DNA of 64,000 nt, taken from Setoptus koraiensis. Taxonomy: Eukaryota; Animalia; Arthropoda. Below are positions 60,701 to 64,000 of the stretch, piece by piece. The position numbers and the translations under genes were made by a program. Every line of letters starts with the position of its first letter. Position 1 is the first letter of the stretch. The stretch is taken from assembly GCA_048013815.1 (NCBI GenBank), contig CM106586.1, positions 1,922,001 to 1,986,000 of the forward strand, read 5' to 3'. The notes below the pieces were generated by a model, which did not search any database, was not told the DNA's origin, and was given only the letters and a program-made list of their open reading frames with translations.

Positions 60701-63700
60701 TGTTGGCAGCCAGTGAACCAGTCGCAGAGACAGTCGGTTCAACTGCGCCATCGGAACCTCTAGTAATTCCCCCATTATCACCCCTGGCACCAGTTTTACT
60801 TGGACCTGACAATCGTGCTCATGTTGCGTCTAGAATGAGCCAATCTGCGCCCTCAGCTAATGTATTTAGCGAGATGGATAATGCGCCTAAAATCGCATCA
60901 TTAACGCAATCATTACAATCGTCACCGATTGTTCCTTTATTCAGCAACCAATGGATCGGCCCATCAGCTCAAGTACCTTTAACAACTCCCGATTCATCGG
61001 GACAATTCATGCCAGCGCTTGAGTTGAATCCATTTGGATTTGCATTCAATCCAATGCAACCAACCCCCCTACCGCCTGTATCTATGCTTAGTAATGCTAA
61101 CAATAACATACCTACGTCGATACCAACTACCGGCGACAGTGCCCAGCTACCCACGATACCTCCGACAAGCCCGATATCAGCGTACGAGCCAGCCTTATCA
61201 CAATCTGAGCCAGCTTCTTACGGACCCCAAGTACCAATGCCAGGTAGAAATGCCCAATCAGGGCCGCTAATTCAGCCATTGTTGCCATCTTACAATGGGG
61301 AGCCAGCATTGTTAGCACCTGACATGGTAACAGATGAGCCACGGTTTGTACCAGATTGGCGAGGCCTATTCACGAATATTGACCCAATGAATCAATATCA
61401 ACTATCAAACAATTTCATGCCAATGCCGCTGTCGCCGATAGCGCCCTTGTTGTCGATAGAGCCAAGAACTCAAGCGACCGCAAAAGCGATGGCACCAGTG
61501 CTACCTGATCTGCCGATGAGGGCAATTGAAGGTATTGATAGGTCTCCGCCGGACTCAACGCCAATGTTGAGCCCGTCATCCCAAGCTCTTACACCGTTGT
61601 TGACATTCGTGCCCCCCACGTCTGTAGATAATAGTTTGAGATTTGCGGTGAATCCCACTAACGGCGATTGGAACAGTTTCGCAACAATTCCTTCAGTGTC
61701 GACAGCAGTTGACAATGAAGAAATTGGAAAATCCGTTCCTCCAGCAATGCAGTCTCCATTGGCATCATCACTCGATGACCGGGTGCCCAGTATTGCATTA
61801 GACGAAATGCAGAGATCTCAGACAATGAGTGGAGGTGGATTGGCAATGAATGTCGACATGGCTCACATCAGTTCCGTTCCGTTATCTCCGTTGGCGCCTT
61901 TGTTGGCCAACTTTGAGCAGTTGAGAAGCAGTTCAGTATTATCGCACAGTGATTTAGACAGTCCTCCAATGTTGGCCGAATCTAGCAACCATCGACCGGG
62001 CGCCACAGGCTCACTAGATGGCGATCTACTGAATGCACAAAATGCGGCGGCTTACACAAACTACAGACCAATTCAACAAGATGTTGTTTCCGGTGAGTTT
62101 GGAGGAGAGCTAGCAGCAAACCGATTCGAGTCACAAACAGCATCTAGTGCACATGACAGCAGTGGCGCATTTTCACCAAATTTTCATGTCGGATTATCGT
62201 TGGATCGAGCTACACGACCCCGAGCCAGTTTCATGAGCGCTCCAGAATTAGAATTTATGAGTTCTGTGTCGCAGCAAGAACAAATGGGCAACAACTTAGA
62301 GGGAGCTACTGGTGCACGAGAGACACTTTCACAACCTTTCGCCACTGAACATTTTGCAGCAATCAACAAGTTTGACAAGCTGAACGATGCTGACAAGATG
62401 AGCGATCTAGCTGGGTCTGCATTTTCATTTGGTCACGAGGCACAACTCAATGCCATGCCATCCATGGCCGTAGATTATCAACAACAGCAGCAGATGCAGC
62501 AAAATGAGTATCTCAATGGTGGCTATTGGCCAACAATTGATGGCAAGTCGTTTGAAGAACAGCAGCCATCTACAGTGAGAGAATTGAATCTAGCTAATTT
62601 GAAACAGATACAAAACACAGAAACAGTCGCGATACTAGCAGCGCCGCAAAGTACCCCTATCGGGCAACCAACTGGCAGTATGCAAATACCGTTAGATGGA
62701 AAAGATGAGCAAACACAATTGTCATCTCAACCTATTCCAACAAACCTGTCACCTCTGACTGCTGCCAGTCAGACGGTCAGTATTGATGCATCGAAGGAGT
62801 CGCAAAGTGCCGATAATATGATCGCTTCATCTGTGTCAGCTTCGACTGACTTGCCACAACCAACAGTTGCTAGTGCATCAGTAGCTACAACAGCTACTTC
62901 AGCTGCCGAAAACTCGTCGAATGCAGTAGCTTCGAATGATGTCCGAGCGGCAACATCCGGGCCCAGCATTGTTGCAAGTGGCAACAGTAGTGCAATAAGT
63001 GCGACAAATGAACTTTCAACTATTGCGCAATCATCGACAGCTAACGACATCACGAATCCTTCCTCAATTGTTGACAGTTCAGCAACACTCCTGAAGGAGC
63101 GGATAGTTGATCCGTTGACAACTGTGGAAAAAGGTATCCTAGACAGCGTTTCGAATGCCTTCCAAATACTTGGCTCAACTGCTCAAACAGTGACTAGTGA
63201 AGCATCAACTGCATCAGTAGTGACTGACAATGTTGCCAATAGCCAATCTAGTAGTTCCAGATCAGGCCTAGAAGTATCACAGACTTCCAATACAAATGGT
63301 GCGACTGCATCAGTCGAAGTGACTTCCGGTGGCAACTCGAATACGACAGTAAGCTCAATTGTTGCTGATGAAACAATTTCTCAAACTAATTCGAGCCAAT
63401 CATCAGTTTCAACCAGCGACACGAGTGATGTAACCAGATCTTCCGTTTCTACGTCTTCGTCGGCAACCGTTGACAATGGCCAGACGCAAAATACTTCGGA
63501 GAGTGCTTCATCGGCCACAACGACGGCTTCCTCAGCGAGCTCGTCAGCAGTCGCAAGCAACACTGACCAGTTGATAGGCGATAGCAGAAGCGCACTGCCA
63601 GATTCTGTTCCAGCGAGTAATCAACAACTTTCGATGAAAAATCAATCTTCGCAGGCATTGAATGAGAACGTGCAAACTGACCAGAAGCAATTATCTCAAA

Positions 63701-64000
63701 CAATCGTTACCAGTGGCAATCCATCTGTGAATACTGGCAGCAATCAACTAAAAATAGATGCAAACTCTCAGGCTCTTGCCGAGAGCATTGGATTGAGCTC
63801 CACTGGAACGTTGTCACCTGCAAAAGTCGTTGATTCGAACAATTTTGCTCAAACGTCTTCTATAAGCCCCTCGATAGGTAACACAGACATAGAATCCAGC
63901 TCTGATGAAAATGCACAGAGCAAAATCAATGAATTGCAGCCCGTTGATCAGGTTGCTGGTCAACAAGACATGTCGGGATTTTTTCAAAAAGGTCTTCAAC
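57798..64000 (+). CDS. Very large secreted low-complexity (Ser/Pro/Thr/Asn/Gln-rich, mucin-like) protein, incomplete at the window end; exon 1 57798-57921, exon 2 from 58325 (or 58412) to beyond 64000
   Basis: Exon 1 encodes a signal peptide (MVKILPSKYLFTLIASSLLIQLSFTDA). The frame starting at positions 1 mod 3 showed no stop in the lines I translated from 58306 to the window end (about 1,890 codons; absent from the ORF track because it has no stop). Phase-1 donor GTAGGC matches acceptor CCTAG at 58324, with a CTAAC branch motif at 58279. Confidence 0.8.

Noticed and set aside
58408-63999. Many 60-200 aa ORFs on the minus strand and alternate plus frames
   Set aside because: Shadows of the single long plus-strand reading frame of the secreted protein.

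Overview
Eukaryotic, AT-rich, gene-dense DNA with short GT-AG introns and several long intronless ORFs. It is from an arthropod (SIFamide precursor); the compact architecture suggests a mite, which is inference and not provable from this window. No prokaryotic features (CRISPR, operons, IS elements) and no tRNA or rRNA were seen. Genes in order: HSPB1-like small HSP (-), the 3' half of CCT1/TCP1 (-) next to a G/T-only tract and a 500-N gap, a TMEM145/GPR180-family gene (-), CEP170-like (+), Rab21 (+), a single-pass membrane protein (-), a shortened TTC37/SKI3 (+), a CD36/SR-B receptor (-), RPS17 (-), a BNIP2/caytaxin-like BCH protein (+), SIFamide (+), neutral sphingomyelinase SMPD2-like (-), hexokinase (-), a very small ZEB/zfh1-like zinc-finger gene (-), an orphan ORF of about 355 aa (+), a SWEET transporter (+), a neprilysin (M13) pseudogene fragment (+), and a very large secreted low-complexity protein running off the window end (+). 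Best lead: two unrelated genes (BCH protein and sphingomyelinase) share an inverted, duplicated 5' module made of upstream DNA plus the first 45 codons, in frame in both, and the two copies bracket the SIFamide gene. Second lead: the first exon of the giant secreted gene, if unspliced, encodes a complete signal peptide + amidated-peptide precursor. All exon boundaries and family calls were made by eye from remembered motifs; no searches were run.
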